Origin: Alphaproteobacteria bacterium
GTDB taxonomy: Bacteria > Pseudomonadota > Alphaproteobacteria > MPNO01
Direction of reading: 5' to 3'
Assembly: GCA_965248835.1 (NCBI GenBank)
Contig: CBDFLJ010000002.1
Coordinates: forward strand, 640,001 to 704,000
Length of the DNA: 64,000 nucleotides
The first letter of the stretch is position 1. Each line of letters opens with the position of its first letter. Shown here piece by piece: positions 10,041-20,137 of the stretch. The notes beneath the pieces are model-generated. The model did not search any database, was not told the origin of the DNA, and worked only from the letters and a program-made list of their open reading frames with translations. The translations under genes and the position numbers were made by a program.

Positions 10041-10325
10041 ATGAGCAGCAAGCGACGCCGGTTTTCGGGGGAGCTGAAGGCGAAGGTGGCACTGGAAGCG
10101 CTTCGGGGCGAGCGGACGCTTCAGGAGATTGCTGCGCAGTACCAGGTCCATCCGAACCAGGTCGGCGCATGGAAGCGCCAGGCGGTCGAGGGCTTGGCTG
10201 AAGTGTTCTCGAAGGGCGCCGAGCGGCGGGTTCGGGACCATGAGAGCGCGGTGCGCGATCTTCACGCCAAGATCGGCGAGCTGATCGTGGAGCGGGATTT
10301 TTTGTCGCGCGGGCCCGTTCGATGA
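10041..10325 (+). CDS. IS3 transposase OrfA
   Basis: RRRFSGELKAKVALEA HTH, KIGELIVERDFL. Confidence 0.88.
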   Translation: MSSKRRRFSGELKAKVALEALRGERTLQEIAAQYQVHPNQVGAWKRQAVEGLAEVFSKGAERRVRDHESAVRDLHAKIGELIVERDFLSRGPVR

Positions 10326-11269
10326 GCCGGACGGAGCGTCGCGCGATGGTGGTGCGTGATCACCCGGCGCTGAGCCTGAGCCGGCAATGCCGCCTGCTGT
10401 CGATCGCGCGCTCCTCGCTCTACTACGAGCCGAAGGGGGAGAGCGTCGAGACGCTGGCGTTGATGCGGCGGATCGACGAGCTGTTCCTGAAGTACCCGTT
10501 TTACGGCGCCCGCCGGATGGTGCTTCACCTGCGCCGCGAGGGCGTGCGCATCGGGCGCCGGCGGGCCGCACGGCTGATGCGCCTGATGGGGCTTCAGGCG
10601 ATCTGGCGGGCGCCGCGGACCAGCGCGCCGCACCCCGAGCACCGGGTTTACCCATATCTGCTGCGGGGCCTGGCGATCGAGCGGCCGAACCACGTCTGGT
10701 GCGCCGACATCACTTACATCCCGGTGCAGCGTGGCTTCCTCTACCTGGTGGCGATCATGGACTGGGCGAGCCGCTATGTGCTGGCCTGGCGGCTGTCGAA
10801 CACGCTGGACGCGGGCTTCTGTACAGAGGCGCTCGAAGAGGCTCTGGCCCGATATGGGGCGCCGGAGATCTTCAACACCGACCAGGGGAGCCAGTTCACC
10901 AGCTTCGCCTTCACCGGCCGCCTGCAGGAGGCCGGCGTGCGCATCTCGATGGATGGCAGGGGCCGGTTCATGGATAACATCTTCATCGAACGGCTGTGGC
11001 GCTCGCTCAAATACGAGGCGATCTACCTGCACGAGATCGCCGACGGCCTCACGGCCCGGCACCTGATCCGCGATTGGGTCCGCTTTTACAACGCCGAGAG
11101 GCCCCACGCGGCGCTGGGCGGAAGAACCCCGGCCGAGGCATACCGAGACGGCCCGCCCGTGGATATGATGGACAAGCCGCTTCGCGCCTTGCCCTTGAAC
11201 GCATGCGTTCAAGCCCCACAGGCGCAGCAGCAACAGGAAGATCGATTCAAGGGAATACTGGCAGCCTGA
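10322..11269 (+). CDS. IS3 transposase OrfB (DDE)
   Basis: WCADITY, NTDQGSQF, DNIFIERLWRSLKYE. Confidence 0.9.
   Translation: MSRTERRAMVVRDHPALSLSRQCRLLSIARSSLYYEPKGESVETLALMRRIDELFLKYPFYGARRMVLHLRREGVRIGRRRAARLMRLMGLQAIWRAPRTSAPHPEHRVYPYLLRGLAIERPNHVWCADITYIPVQRGFLYLVAIMDWASRYVLAWRLSNTLDAGFCTEALEEALARYGAPEIFNTDQGSQFTSFAFTGRLQEAGVRISMDGRGRFMDNIFIERLWRSLKYEAIYLHEIADGLTARHLIRDWVRFYNAERPHAALGGRTPAEAYRDGPPVDMMDKPLRALPLNACVQAPQAQQQQEDRFKGILAA
11194..11213. repeat. Perfect 20-bp palindrome CTTGAACGCATGCGTTCAAG
   Basis: Read directly; same CTTGA...TCAAG ends as the hairpins at 34498 and 34763. Confidence 0.9.
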
Positions 11270-11352
11270 ACTTCAACCGGAATACACCTTAGCCCGGCCG
11301 CCAGGCTGTCCGAAAAGGTGGAGCCACCTCAGCCGGTCTCTGGAGACAGGCA

Positions 11353-12744
11353 CTATTGGGTCTCGCCGCTTCGCCAAGACTGCGCGGTCGCCGCGCCCAG
11401 CACTAGCGCGAATGTCGTAGCGATAGCCGGGAGCTGCATGCTGAAGTCGACGAGCGCGTGCACGCCCACCAGAGTACAGGCGGCGAAACCAAGCGCAGGG
11501 AGCACCGAATCGCGCCGGCGTGTGAGAACCCCGTGCACGCAGTTGAGCGCGAGGGCGAAGAGGGAAAAAAAGAAGCACAGGGCGGCCGGTACTCCAAGCT
11601 CCAGCGCCATCTCGAGGTAGTCGTTGTGCGCCATGTTCACGCCCGGTCCGACGCGGCCGAACCCGTAGATTCGATACACTGACGCAAAAGTGCCGAGTCC
11701 GGTGCCGAGCACCGGTGCGTCCCGAATCGCCCGGCCCGTCTGCGCGTAGATCTCACGGCGCGTCTCCCAATCGGACTCGGTCGCCCATAGCCGCTGCTCG
11801 AGCCCCTTGCCACTCAAGGCCAGGAGCGCGCTGCCCGCCAGAACCAGTGCGATCGCGGTAAAGAACAGGGCGCGGGCGGAGGCGCTACGCCGCGCCGCGA
11901 GACTCGAGAAGAAGACGAGCAGCGCGAGCACGGTGGCCGCGGCGCCCGCGCGCGACTCGCTCAGCAGCAGCGCGACCGCGAGCATGGGCCACGCGCCGAG
12001 AAAGAGCGCGTTGCGAGGGAGATGTTCGCCGAGGAGGCGCCGCAACCGCTCCCTCGAGGGGAGGCTCTCCTCCTCGGGGCGCACCAGCCGGTCCCAGATC
12101 ATCGCCGTCGTGCACAGCAGGCCAAGACCGGCATAGGTCGCGAAGGAGTTCCGGTTGACGAAGGTAGCGGTCACCACGTCAACGTACGCCGTCTTCTCGA
12201 ACCACAGGATCGTGCGGGCACCCGAAAACTCTACCGCGAGACCATAGAGCGCGTAACCGGTGGAGGCGATTGCCACCGCGCCGAACATGGAGCGGGCACG
12301 CCTCGGATCGCGACCGAGTTGGAGCGCCAGCCAGAAGATGCCTGCGTAAGCCACAATTCGCACGATGCTCTCACGGCTCGCCATCGGGTCGAGCGATATC
12401 GATCCATTATACGGGGTCCCGAGCGCTTCCGCCGCGCTGCGCCACAAGGGATGGTGCAAAGACGCGGGTGAGAACTCGACACTCTGGAAAAGCGCCCACA
12501 GCATCGCGAGCACGAAGGGCACTACGCACCACCACACGGTGGAGGGAGGGCGTACCAGCGCAGTGTGCCCGGTGGTCGCGAGGAAGCCCCAACTGAGCAC
12601 CAATGTGCCGGTGCCGGCGGCGATGGCCGACCACGCCCATACCGGGAAGGCTCCGAAGGGCAGGGGGGCGATGAGCACCATCGCAACGAGGGCGCGCAAG
12701 AGCATGGGGTGCAGCAGCATCGTCCGATCGTTTAATGTCGGCAA
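11353..12744 (-). CDS. O-antigen ligase/Wzy_C family membrane protein
   Basis: Multiple TM segments; TFVNRNSFA, SESRAG, GTGLGTF, AHNDYLE, HALVDFSMQ. Confidence 0.85.
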   Translation of the reverse strand: MPTLNDRTMLLHPMLLRALVAMVLIAPLPFGAFPVWAWSAIAAGTGTLVLSWGFLATTGHTALVRPPSTVWWCVVPFVLAMLWALFQSVEFSPASLHHPLWRSAAEALGTPYNGSISLDPMASRESIVRIVAYAGIFWLALQLGRDPRRARSMFGAVAIASTGYALYGLAVEFSGARTILWFEKTAYVDVVTATFVNRNSFATYAGLGLLCTTAMIWDRLVRPEEESLPSRERLRRLLGEHLPRNALFLGAWPMLAVALLLSESRAGAAATVLALLVFFSSLAARRSASARALFFTAIALVLAGSALLALSGKGLEQRLWATESDWETRREIYAQTGRAIRDAPVLGTGLGTFASVYRIYGFGRVGPGVNMAHNDYLEMALELGVPAALCFFFSLFALALNCVHGVLTRRRDSVLPALGFAACTLVGVHALVDFSMQLPAIATTFALVLGAATAQSWRSGETQ

Positions 12745-13021
12745 TGCGAGATCCTAACCCGCGTTTCAAATCGAATCGGGTCCGATGAGAGAATCAGGAG
12801 CGAGCGCAGCGCACGCCTCCATGTGTAAAAGCTAAGACTTTATCTGACAGTGATGCGCTTTTTGGCATGGCGGGCGTCAGATGAGTGACAGCTGTCGGCG
12901 GTCATTCTGCGAGCATCATTTTTTCCCTTGCGAGGTGTGTCGTGTCAAGAAAGGTTGCCACGGGCGTCTTGCCGAAGCACCACCGTCCGTAATGTGGCCT
13001 GGCCTCGTTGTACTCGGCGAC

Positions 13022-13933
13022 TCAGACGTCGAGATCGCGTTGCAGCTCGTCGATCGAGGAGTAGATCTTCTTGCGGAATGTGACCCGGTGGAACTCGTTG
13101 ATCATGGTCTTGTGGAAGCGCTCGACGATGCCGTTGGTCTTTGGGCTCTTGGTCTTGGTGCGGCTGTGATCGACATCCTCGAAGGCGAGATAGAGCTCGT
13201 ACTCGTGGCGTTCCGGGTTGCCGCAATACTCCGTGCCCCGGTCAGTCAGAATGCGCAGCAGCGCCACCTGGTGCTGGTCGAAGAACGGGATCACCCTGTC
13301 GTTCAACAACTCGGCCGCCGTGATCGGCGTCTTGCGGCCATAGAGCTTGGCGGAGGCGACCTTGGAGTAGGTGTCGATGAAGGTCTGCTGATAGATCCGG
13401 CCGACACCCTTCATCACCCCGACATAGAAGGTATCCTGGGCGCCACAATAGCCCGAATGCTCGCTTTCGAAGGAGCCATGGGCCTCCTTGTCCGCCTTCT
13501 CCAGGGCGGCCACCCGGTCCTCGGTAAAGACCAGGCCGTCCTGCGCTGCCTTGACTTCCAGCGCCTTCAGCCGTTTGTTTTTGTTCTCCAGATCGTGGCG
13601 CTGCCACACGCAGCGCACCCCCGCCGGCGAGATCGACACGCCACGCGACCTGAATGCGTTCGACACTCGCAGCTGATCCCAGGCCGGTTGCTCGATCGCC
13701 AACGTCACAACTGCTTACTCGATCTCCGGCGCCACCCGGTTCTTCAAGACCGGCTTCGAGCGGCTGATCTCCATCAGCGCCGTCTCGCCGCCCATATCGT
13801 AGAGCTCTTTGAAGCGGTAGAAGCTGTCGCGACTGTAGCCCATCATCTTGCAGGCTTGGCTCACGTTGCCAAGCTGCTTGGCCAGCTCCAAAAGGCCGAC
13901 CTTGGCGCGAATGATCTTCTGATCCTTGGTCAT
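13022..13933 (-). pseudogene. IS481 transposase with internal stops
   Basis: [54 protein letters not shown]; stop at 13715. Confidence 0.85.
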
Positions 13934-13954
13934 CATCAGGGTCCTTCTCACATG

Positions 13955-13986
13955 GCCACGATGCCGGGCATGCCCGGCATCGTGGC
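13955..13986. repeat. Perfect 32-bp palindrome upstream of the IS481 ORF
   Basis: GCCACGATGCCGGGCA|TGCCCGGCATCGTGGC. Confidence 0.9.
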
Positions 13987-14046
13987 AGCGGACCCGCCAA
14001 GCAATGCCAAAATGTCAGATTAAATCTCAGCTAGAGCATATTTCGA

Positions 14047-14993
14047 TCATTCGCGGTCATATCCGGCTGCAGCGAAGTAGTTTTGGCATTCGGTTGGTGT
14101 GAAGCTGTCGATGCCATTGGCGATAGCATCCCAGAGGTCGTCGACGGTTCTCGCGGCGGCCTTTTCGAGGAAGGCCTTGAGCTTGGAGAAGGCCATCTCG
14201 ATCGGATTGAAGTCGGGGCTGTAGGGCGGCAGAAAGCGCAACGCGGCGCCGGCGCCTTCGATGGCATGGCGCACGGCGACCGGCTTGTGGGCGGGCAGGT
14301 TGTCCATCACGACGATGTCACCGGGGGCCAGTGTTGGCACCAGCACGTGCTGCACATAGGCCAGGAAAGCCGCGCCGTTCATGGCGCCGTCGAGCACCAT
14401 GGGCGCGGTCATGCCGTGCAGCCGAAGCGCGCCGACGAAGGTCGTGGTCTTCCAATGGCCATGGGGCACCGGGGCACGGCACCGCTCGCCGCGCCGTGCC
14501 CGGCCATAGCGCCGCGCCATTTTGGTCGAGGCGCCGGTTTCGTCGATGAAGACCAGTCGCTCGGGATCCAGATCAGGCTGGGTCTCGAACCAGGCGTGGC
14601 GCCGTCGCACAACCTCAGGGCGCTGCTGCTCGCTGGCGTGCGCGGTTTTTTGAACGTCATCCCGCGACGCTCGAGCAGGCGCCAGATCGTGCTCTGCGCG
14701 ACCACCACACCATGGGCCGCGGCGAGATGCTCGGCCAGCTCCGCCAAGGTGATGTCCGGCGTCTCCTCGATCAGGGCCAGGATCTCCTCGCCATGGGCCT
14801 CGATCCGGTGCGAGCGGTGATCGCCGCCCCGCGGCCGCGGCCCGACATCGCCGGTCCGTCGCCACCGATCGACCCATTTGATCGCCGTCGAAGCCGCCAC
14901 TCCGAAGCGTTGCGCCGCCGAGCGCCGTGTCATCCCGCCTTCAACCGCCGCGACAAGCCGCTCTCGAAGATCCTTGGAAAGAGATTTCGCCAT
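14047..14993 (-). CDS. IS630 transposase (frameshifted orfA/orfB)
   Basis: Nearly the same protein as 2547-3495. Confidence 0.8.
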
Positions 14994-15408
14994 GCACGCT
15001 GGCCTCCTTCTCCAGCACGCATCTTGAATCACATATCCGCCCTCCGGGGAATCTGGAGGGTTCTGTGAGGTCGCGCCGCTCGAACGGCGGAGGATGGCGC
15101 GGGACGCGACCTGATTGAAGCCGGATTGAACGAAGCCGCGGGATGGCGGGCGGGCTATGGGGATTGTGGCTGCGGCGCCTGGTCCGAGAGGCCGGAATGG
15201 ACCGGTGGCATGTCTGACGGATCGGCCTCATCGAGTGGGTGGCGGCCGGGTCTGGGATGCCGGTCCGGACGAGGGGCTGCGGCTTCACTTCGGCGGCTAC
15301 GATTGTGGCGTCGTGCGAGGCGGGCAGCGTCGCGGGATAGAACGGCTCGGTATCCGACGTGCAGGGTGCTGGGCATTTGTGGTCCGGTGCTGTCCGACGG
15401 GCGGAGTG

Positions 15409-16587
15409 TCATGAGCTGTCCTGCCAGAAGGATGGCCGGCATGGCTCCGGCCGGGGCAGGATGGTGAGGATGATCATGGTGCCGTTGCAGCACGGGCAGC
15501 GGTCGGGCGGGTGAGCCGGGACGGTGTCCCTGGCCTGCTCGGCGGCCGGTTGCGGTGGCGGGGCGTCGAGCAGTTTGCGGCAAAGCGCGAGCTTCGCCGC
15601 GCGGTGTCCGTTGGCGAGGAAGCCGTAGTGGCGGATGCGATGGAAGCCGTCCGGCAGGGTGTGCAGTAGAAAGCGGCGGATGAACTCGTCTGCGTCCAGG
15701 GTCATGACCTTCGTCTTGCCATGGTGGCGATAGTCCTTCCAGCGGAAGGCGACCTCGTCATCGGTTACGCCGACCAACCGGGAGTTGGCGATCGCGACCC
15801 GATGGGTGTAGCGGCCGAGATAGGCGAAGACCTGCTCGGGGCCGCCGAAGGGCGGCTTGGCGTATACGACCCATTCGAGGCGACGCAACTCGCGGAGGCG
15901 GCTAATGAAGGCCTCAGGATCCGCGAGCCCGGCGAGCGCGCCAAAGAAGCCCAGACCGCCGGCCTCGAAGGCGGCGTGCAGTGCGTCGAGGAACAGGCGG
16001 CGGAAGAGGCGCGAGAGCACGCGGACCGGCAGGAAGAACCCCGGCCGGCACGGCACCCAGCGCGAGCCATCTGGAGATGGGCCGCCGCCCGGCACGACGC
16101 AATGGACATGCGGATGATGGTGCAGGGTCTGGCCCCAGGTATGGAGCACGGCGACGAGGCCGATCTCGGCGCCGAGATGCTTCGGGTCGGCGGCGATCCT
16201 GCGCAGCGTCTCGGCGGCGGTTCGGAACAGGACGGCGTAGACCGTCTCCTTGTTCTGGAAGGCGATCTCGGCCACCGGTGCGGGCAGCGTGAACACGACG
16301 TGGAAGTACGGCGCCGCCAGCAGCTCGGCCTGCCGGGCCTCGAGCCATGCGGCACGCGCCTGTCCCTGGCACTTCGGACAGTGCCGGTTGCGGCAGGAGT
16401 TATAGGAATGACGTATGAGGCCGCAATCGGAGCAGAACTCGGTGTGGCCGCCCAGCGCCGCCGTCCGGCACAGCGCGATGGCGCTCATCACCCGCCGCTC
16501 GACGCGGCCCAAATGACCATCGTGCGCGCGGCGATAGGCGTCGCCGTGGCGGCGCAAGACGTCCGCCACTTCTAGACCGGCCGACAT
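15409..16587 (-). CDS. IS91-family transposase (Zn-binding + HUH Y2)
   Basis: CRTAALGGH, YNSCRNRHCPKC, HPHVH, YLGRYTHR, RIRHYG. Confidence 0.92.
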   Translation of the reverse strand: MSAGLEVADVLRRHGDAYRRAHDGHLGRVERRVMSAIALCRTAALGGHTEFCSDCGLIRHSYNSCRNRHCPKCQGQARAAWLEARQAELLAAPYFHVVFTLPAPVAEIAFQNKETVYAVLFRTAAETLRRIAADPKHLGAEIGLVAVLHTWGQTLHHHPHVHCVVPGGGPSPDGSRWVPCRPGFFLPVRVLSRLFRRLFLDALHAAFEAGGLGFFGALAGLADPEAFISRLRELRRLEWVVYAKPPFGGPEQVFAYLGRYTHRVAIANSRLVGVTDDEVAFRWKDYRHHGKTKVMTLDADEFIRRFLLHTLPDGFHRIRHYGFLANGHRAAKLALCRKLLDAPPPQPAAEQARDTVPAHPPDRCPCCNGTMIILTILPRPEPCRPSFWQDSS

Positions 16588-16596
16588 GGCGCCGGA

Positions 16597-17457
16597 TCAG
16601 ACGGGTGGCACCACCTCCAGCGTCAGTCGGTCGAGCGGGCTCTCCGTCCGCCCGATGAGGCGGTTCGAGACCCGCGTGTAGCGCGCCGTGCTCGACAGGT
16701 TGGCGTGCCCCAGCAGGGCCTGGATAATGCGGATGTCGGTGCCGCTCTCCAGCAGGTGCGTCGCGAAGCTGTGGCGCAGCGTGTGCACCGTGACCCGCTT
16801 GGCCAGGCCGGCCGCGGCACGGGCCGATCGGCAAGCGGCATGTAACACCTGGACGTCGATCGGCTTGGTCTCGTCCCGGCCGGGAAACAGCCAATGCTCG
16901 GGCCGGGCGAGACGCCAGTAGGTGCGCAGGATGCCGAGCAACTGCGCCGACAACATCACGGTGCGATCCTTGCCGCCCTTGCCGTGCTCGACCCGGATGA
17001 CCATCCGGCCGCTGTCGATATCGGCCACCCTGAGCCTCACCACCTCGGACGCGCGCAGCCCGGCGGCATAAGCCGTCGTCAGCGCGGCACGGGCCTTCAA
17101 GCTCGGCACCGCCTCCAGAAACCGCACGACTTCGTCGGCATTCAGCACCACCGGCAGCTTGCGCGGCGCGCGCGCGTAGGGGATGCGCTCGGGGATCTCG
17201 CCGTGGTCGAGCGTGACGCCATAGAAGAACCGTAAGGCGCAGACCGTCTGGTTCAGCGCCGGCCACGAGATGCCGATCGAGACCAGGTGGACCTGGAAGG
17301 CACGCACGTCCTCCAGACCCAGCCGATCCGGCGAGCGGCCGAAATACCGGCTGAACTTCGCGACCGCGTGCAGGTAGGATCGTTGCGTCGCCGGCGACAG
17401 ATTGCGGACCGTCATGTCCTCGGTCATGCGTCGGCGTAGAGGGCTCATCTCGGCCAT
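16597..17457 (-). CDS. Tyrosine recombinase (SAM-like N-domain)
   Basis: YAAGLRASE, GKGGKDR, HTLRHSFATHLLE, LLGH, TARYT. Confidence 0.92.
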   Translation of the reverse strand: MAEMSPLRRRMTEDMTVRNLSPATQRSYLHAVAKFSRYFGRSPDRLGLEDVRAFQVHLVSIGISWPALNQTVCALRFFYGVTLDHGEIPERIPYARAPRKLPVVLNADEVVRFLEAVPSLKARAALTTAYAAGLRASEVVRLRVADIDSGRMVIRVEHGKGGKDRTVMLSAQLLGILRTYWRLARPEHWLFPGRDETKPIDVQVLHAACRSARAAAGLAKRVTVHTLRHSFATHLLESGTDIRIIQALLGHANLSSTARYTRVSNRLIGRTESPLDRLTLEVVPPV

Positions 17458-17722
17458 CGGGGGGCTCCTGTCTGGAAGGTCGGGCTTCAACAACCGCAAT
17501 CCTCTCAGACCGGAGACCTTCCCCCTATCCGCCCTCTCCTGTCCCGCGACAGCGGGTTCGTTCAATCACATATCCACCCTCCGGGGAATCCCCCTCGATT
17601 CCCAAAGCTCAGAAAATGCTCTAATGCACTTCTATGCCTCACCGGCGATCACACTTATCGAGGGACCAAACAGATTTCCGCTCTTCGCTCGCGTTCTGCC
17701 GACAACTTCGGGATTAAGCAAC

Positions 17723-18484
17723 ATGGTTCTGGATTTTCTCCGCCGGCAACACCCTCGGATGCGCGGTGTGCCGAGCGTTCCGCCCGCTACCCGGGTGTAT
17801 GCGATAGGCGACGTGCATGGCCAGCTCGCGACACTTACCCGTCTAATCGCGATGATTCTCGACGACGCCGGGAACGCTCCCGTAGCGCGTCGCGTGGTCG
17901 TCTATCTCGGAGACTACGTGGACCGCGGCCTCGAGTCGCGCGATGTGATCGACTACCTGCTCGATCACCCCCTGCCCGACTTCGAGACGGTCTTCCTCAA
18001 GGGAAACCACGATGCCTGGCTGCTCGCCTTCCTGGAAGACGCCGGGGTCGGGCCGGAGTGGCTCAACGCGGGCGGACAGGCAACACTGTTGAGCTACGGC
18101 GTTGCGGTGCCGCCAGGGCCGAAGAGCGCGGCCAGTTTGGAACGCATCCGCGAAGCGTTTGCGCGCGTCCTCCCCACCGCTCACCGGGTTTTCCTCGAGG
18201 GCCTCCGCCTGCGTCACGTCGAAGGGGACTATGCGTTCGTGCACGCAGGACTCCGACCGGGCGTCCCGCTCGACGACCAACAGGAAGGGGATCTGCTGTG
18301 GATCCGGGACGAGTTCACCGAGGATCGGAGCGACCATGGGGTCATGGTGGTCCATGGTCATTCGGTTTCCGAGCGTCCCGAGGTTCGCGACAACCGGATC
18401 GGGATCGACACCGGCGCTTACGCGACCGGCCGATTGACCTGCCTCGTCCTGGAAGGCCAATCCCGGCGCTTTCTCACGACCTGA
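17723..18484 (+). CDS. Calcineurin-like metallophosphoesterase (PPP-type protein phosphatase)
   Basis: GDVHG, GDYVDRG, GNHD, FVHAG, VHGH, IDTGA. Confidence 0.9.
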   Translation: MVLDFLRRQHPRMRGVPSVPPATRVYAIGDVHGQLATLTRLIAMILDDAGNAPVARRVVVYLGDYVDRGLESRDVIDYLLDHPLPDFETVFLKGNHDAWLLAFLEDAGVGPEWLNAGGQATLLSYGVAVPPGPKSAASLERIREAFARVLPTAHRVFLEGLRLRHVEGDYAFVHAGLRPGVPLDDQQEGDLLWIRDEFTEDRSDHGVMVVHGHSVSERPEVRDNRIGIDTGAYATGRLTCLVLEGQSRRFLTT

Positions 18485-18563
18485 GCCTTAAATCCAGGCC
18501 GGCCCTCGGGGTGAGACCGGCGCCGCTCGCCGATGTGCACCTTCCCCGCTCAGATCTTGTCCG

Positions 18564-19000
18564 GGAGTCGCCCCCGTTTAACCGGACAGGTTGGCGGGTT
18601 GACGGGCACCTCTGAACTCGCGAGGCGCGTGCATTTTGAGCCCTGAGCGAGGATGGTTCTCGTTGTAATCCTCGAACCATCCGGCGATCTGGTCGAGCGC
18701 GGTCGCGGCGTCGGGGATGGGGTTTATCCGGACGTAGTTGCGCTTGATGGTTTTGACGAAGGCCTCGCTCATGCCGTTGCTTTCCGGGCTGGCGGCCGGG
18801 GTGAAGCACGGGTTCAGGTTCAGCTTCTCGACGGCCTCCGGCATCATGTCGCGGACATCGGACCCTGAGACGCCGGCGTTGGCGACGGCCTTCCAGGCGA
18901 TGATCTCCCGGTCGTGGGCGTCGATGGCGAAGGCCGCACGGGCGATATCGCCGTTCCAGCAGGCGAACTCGAAGCCGTCCGAGCACCAGCGCAGATCAGG
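18564..19000 (-). mobile_element. IS3-family (IS2-like) orfB remnant with internal deletion
   Basis: RWCSDGFEF, SPESNGMSEAFVKT, WFEDYNENHP. Confidence 0.75.
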
Positions 19001-19049
19001 CAGATTAAAGCGCATGACGACGACTTTGCCGCCATGGGTCCGCCCCGGC

Positions 19050-19500
19050 CGCCATGCCGGATAGGGACGGGCCTCGCAGAGGGTACCGTCACGCATCATT
19101 CCGAACAGGATCGTCGCCAACTTTCGCGCCAGCGCGACCCGCGCCTTCCAGCTGCCCGAGCGCATCGCCAGCCTTTGCGCCCAGGAGCGCAGTCCGAAGG
19201 ATTGCGCGGACCCGATAGGTCGCGAGCGACTTCATGAGAACCGGCGCGTACCAGCCCGATCGGACCAGCTGGGCGAGACCGTGTGCGTCGTTATAATCTG
19301 ACATTTCGGTGATAACCGGGGGGTTCCATGCCCGCCCGCTCGAGCGCAGGCGCCTTGCGAGCGAGCGTCGCCGCAATCTCCTCTACGGTCGTGGCGACCT
19401 TGCCCTGCCAGATGGCGGCGCCTGCTGCATCCACCACGCAAATCGCCGTTTCCCGCGTCGAAACGTCCAAGCCTGCATATTGGGTCATCACATCCTCCTC
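19050..19500 (-). mobile_element. IS110-family degenerate remnant
   Basis: MTQYAGLDVS.RETAICVVD N-terminus and KARVALARKLATIL C-terminus with deletions between them. Confidence 0.7.
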
Positions 19501-19629
19501 GAACTCTCGACGACGCAGCATATCCGCCAGCGACGTCCGCTCGCGATTACGCCGTGCGGTTTACCGGAGCTTTGCCCTTGGCGGCCAGCTCCCGCTTCAA
19601 CAGCGCCGGGTGTGTCCGATTATCTGTGT

Positions 19630-20030
19630 AAGCGTTGCCGTACCGACATGGCAGAGGCCAACCGCTTCCTCGGGGACGTCTATCCGCCGAGCCGCAACGC
19701 CCGCTTCGCGACCCAGCCCGAGGCCGAAGGCACCGCTTTCGTGCCCTTCGCTGGCTCCCTTGACGAGATCCTTTGCGTGCAGCAGGAACGCAGCGTCGGC
19801 AACGACAACACCGTGCGCTACAAGCGCCGCGTGTTGGCCATCCCGCCCGACCGCCATCGACACCACTACGTCAAGGCAAGGATCAGGATGCACGAGTATC
19901 CGGATGGCACCTTGGCCGTCTTCCACGGACCGCGCTGCCTGGCTCGTTACCACGCAGATGGAGCGCCAATCGAAACCCAAACTCGGCAGGCCGCGTGATC
20001 CGCTTCGACGCGACCGGCCGGTGGAAATCG
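19630..20030 (+). mobile_element. ISNCY/IS1202-like transposase C-terminal remnant
   Basis: ANRFL, EILCVQQERSVGNDNTVRY, HEYPDGTLAVFHGPR. Confidence 0.7.
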
Positions 20031-20137
20031 GACTTGACCACTGATTTTAAACATAGTACCACTTAACTTAGGCGAAATTCGGAATGCGCGTGCGCGTGCC
20101 GGTACGGTGCGAGACGCTACCCGCCGGTGGGGCGTTT

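Larger units (their letters stand above)
9975..11331 (+). mobile_element. IS3-family element
   Basis: IRs TGAGGTGGCCCCGGAAAATCGGACAG / CTGTCCGAAAAGGTGGAGCCACCTCA; orfA/orfB; no perfect TSD (ACC vs GCC). Confidence 0.92.
15054..17563 (-). mobile_element. IS91-like rolling-circle element carrying a tyrosine recombinase and a Y2 transposase
   Basis: Two-gene layout; subterminal inverted motif GATTGAACGAA(G/C)CCGC near both ends; flanked by a 27-bp IS630-derived direct repeat. Confidence 0.85.
14032..17623 (-). mobile_element. IS630-family element (copy A2) interrupted near its left end by the IS91-like element
   Basis: Near-identical to 2454-3510 in reverse; TA at 14032 and 17622; A6 instead of A8 at the frameshift site. 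Confidence 0.9.
12824..17628 (-). mobile_element. IS481-family element (degenerate) whose upstream IR is split by IS630 copy A2
   Basis: 26-bp IRs TGTAAAAGCTAAGACTTTATCTGACA (12824) and TGTCAGATTAAATCTCAGCTA|ATGCA (14013-14033 + 17624-17628). Confidence 0.8.

Noticed and set aside
12816-17636. Target-site duplication for IS481 (CCTCCATG vs CTTCTATG)
   Set aside because: Only a 6/8 match; not convincing
17402-17722. N-terminal extension of the phosphatase ORF
   Set aside because: Mostly derived from IS91/IS630/IS481 end sequence; the likely start is 17723
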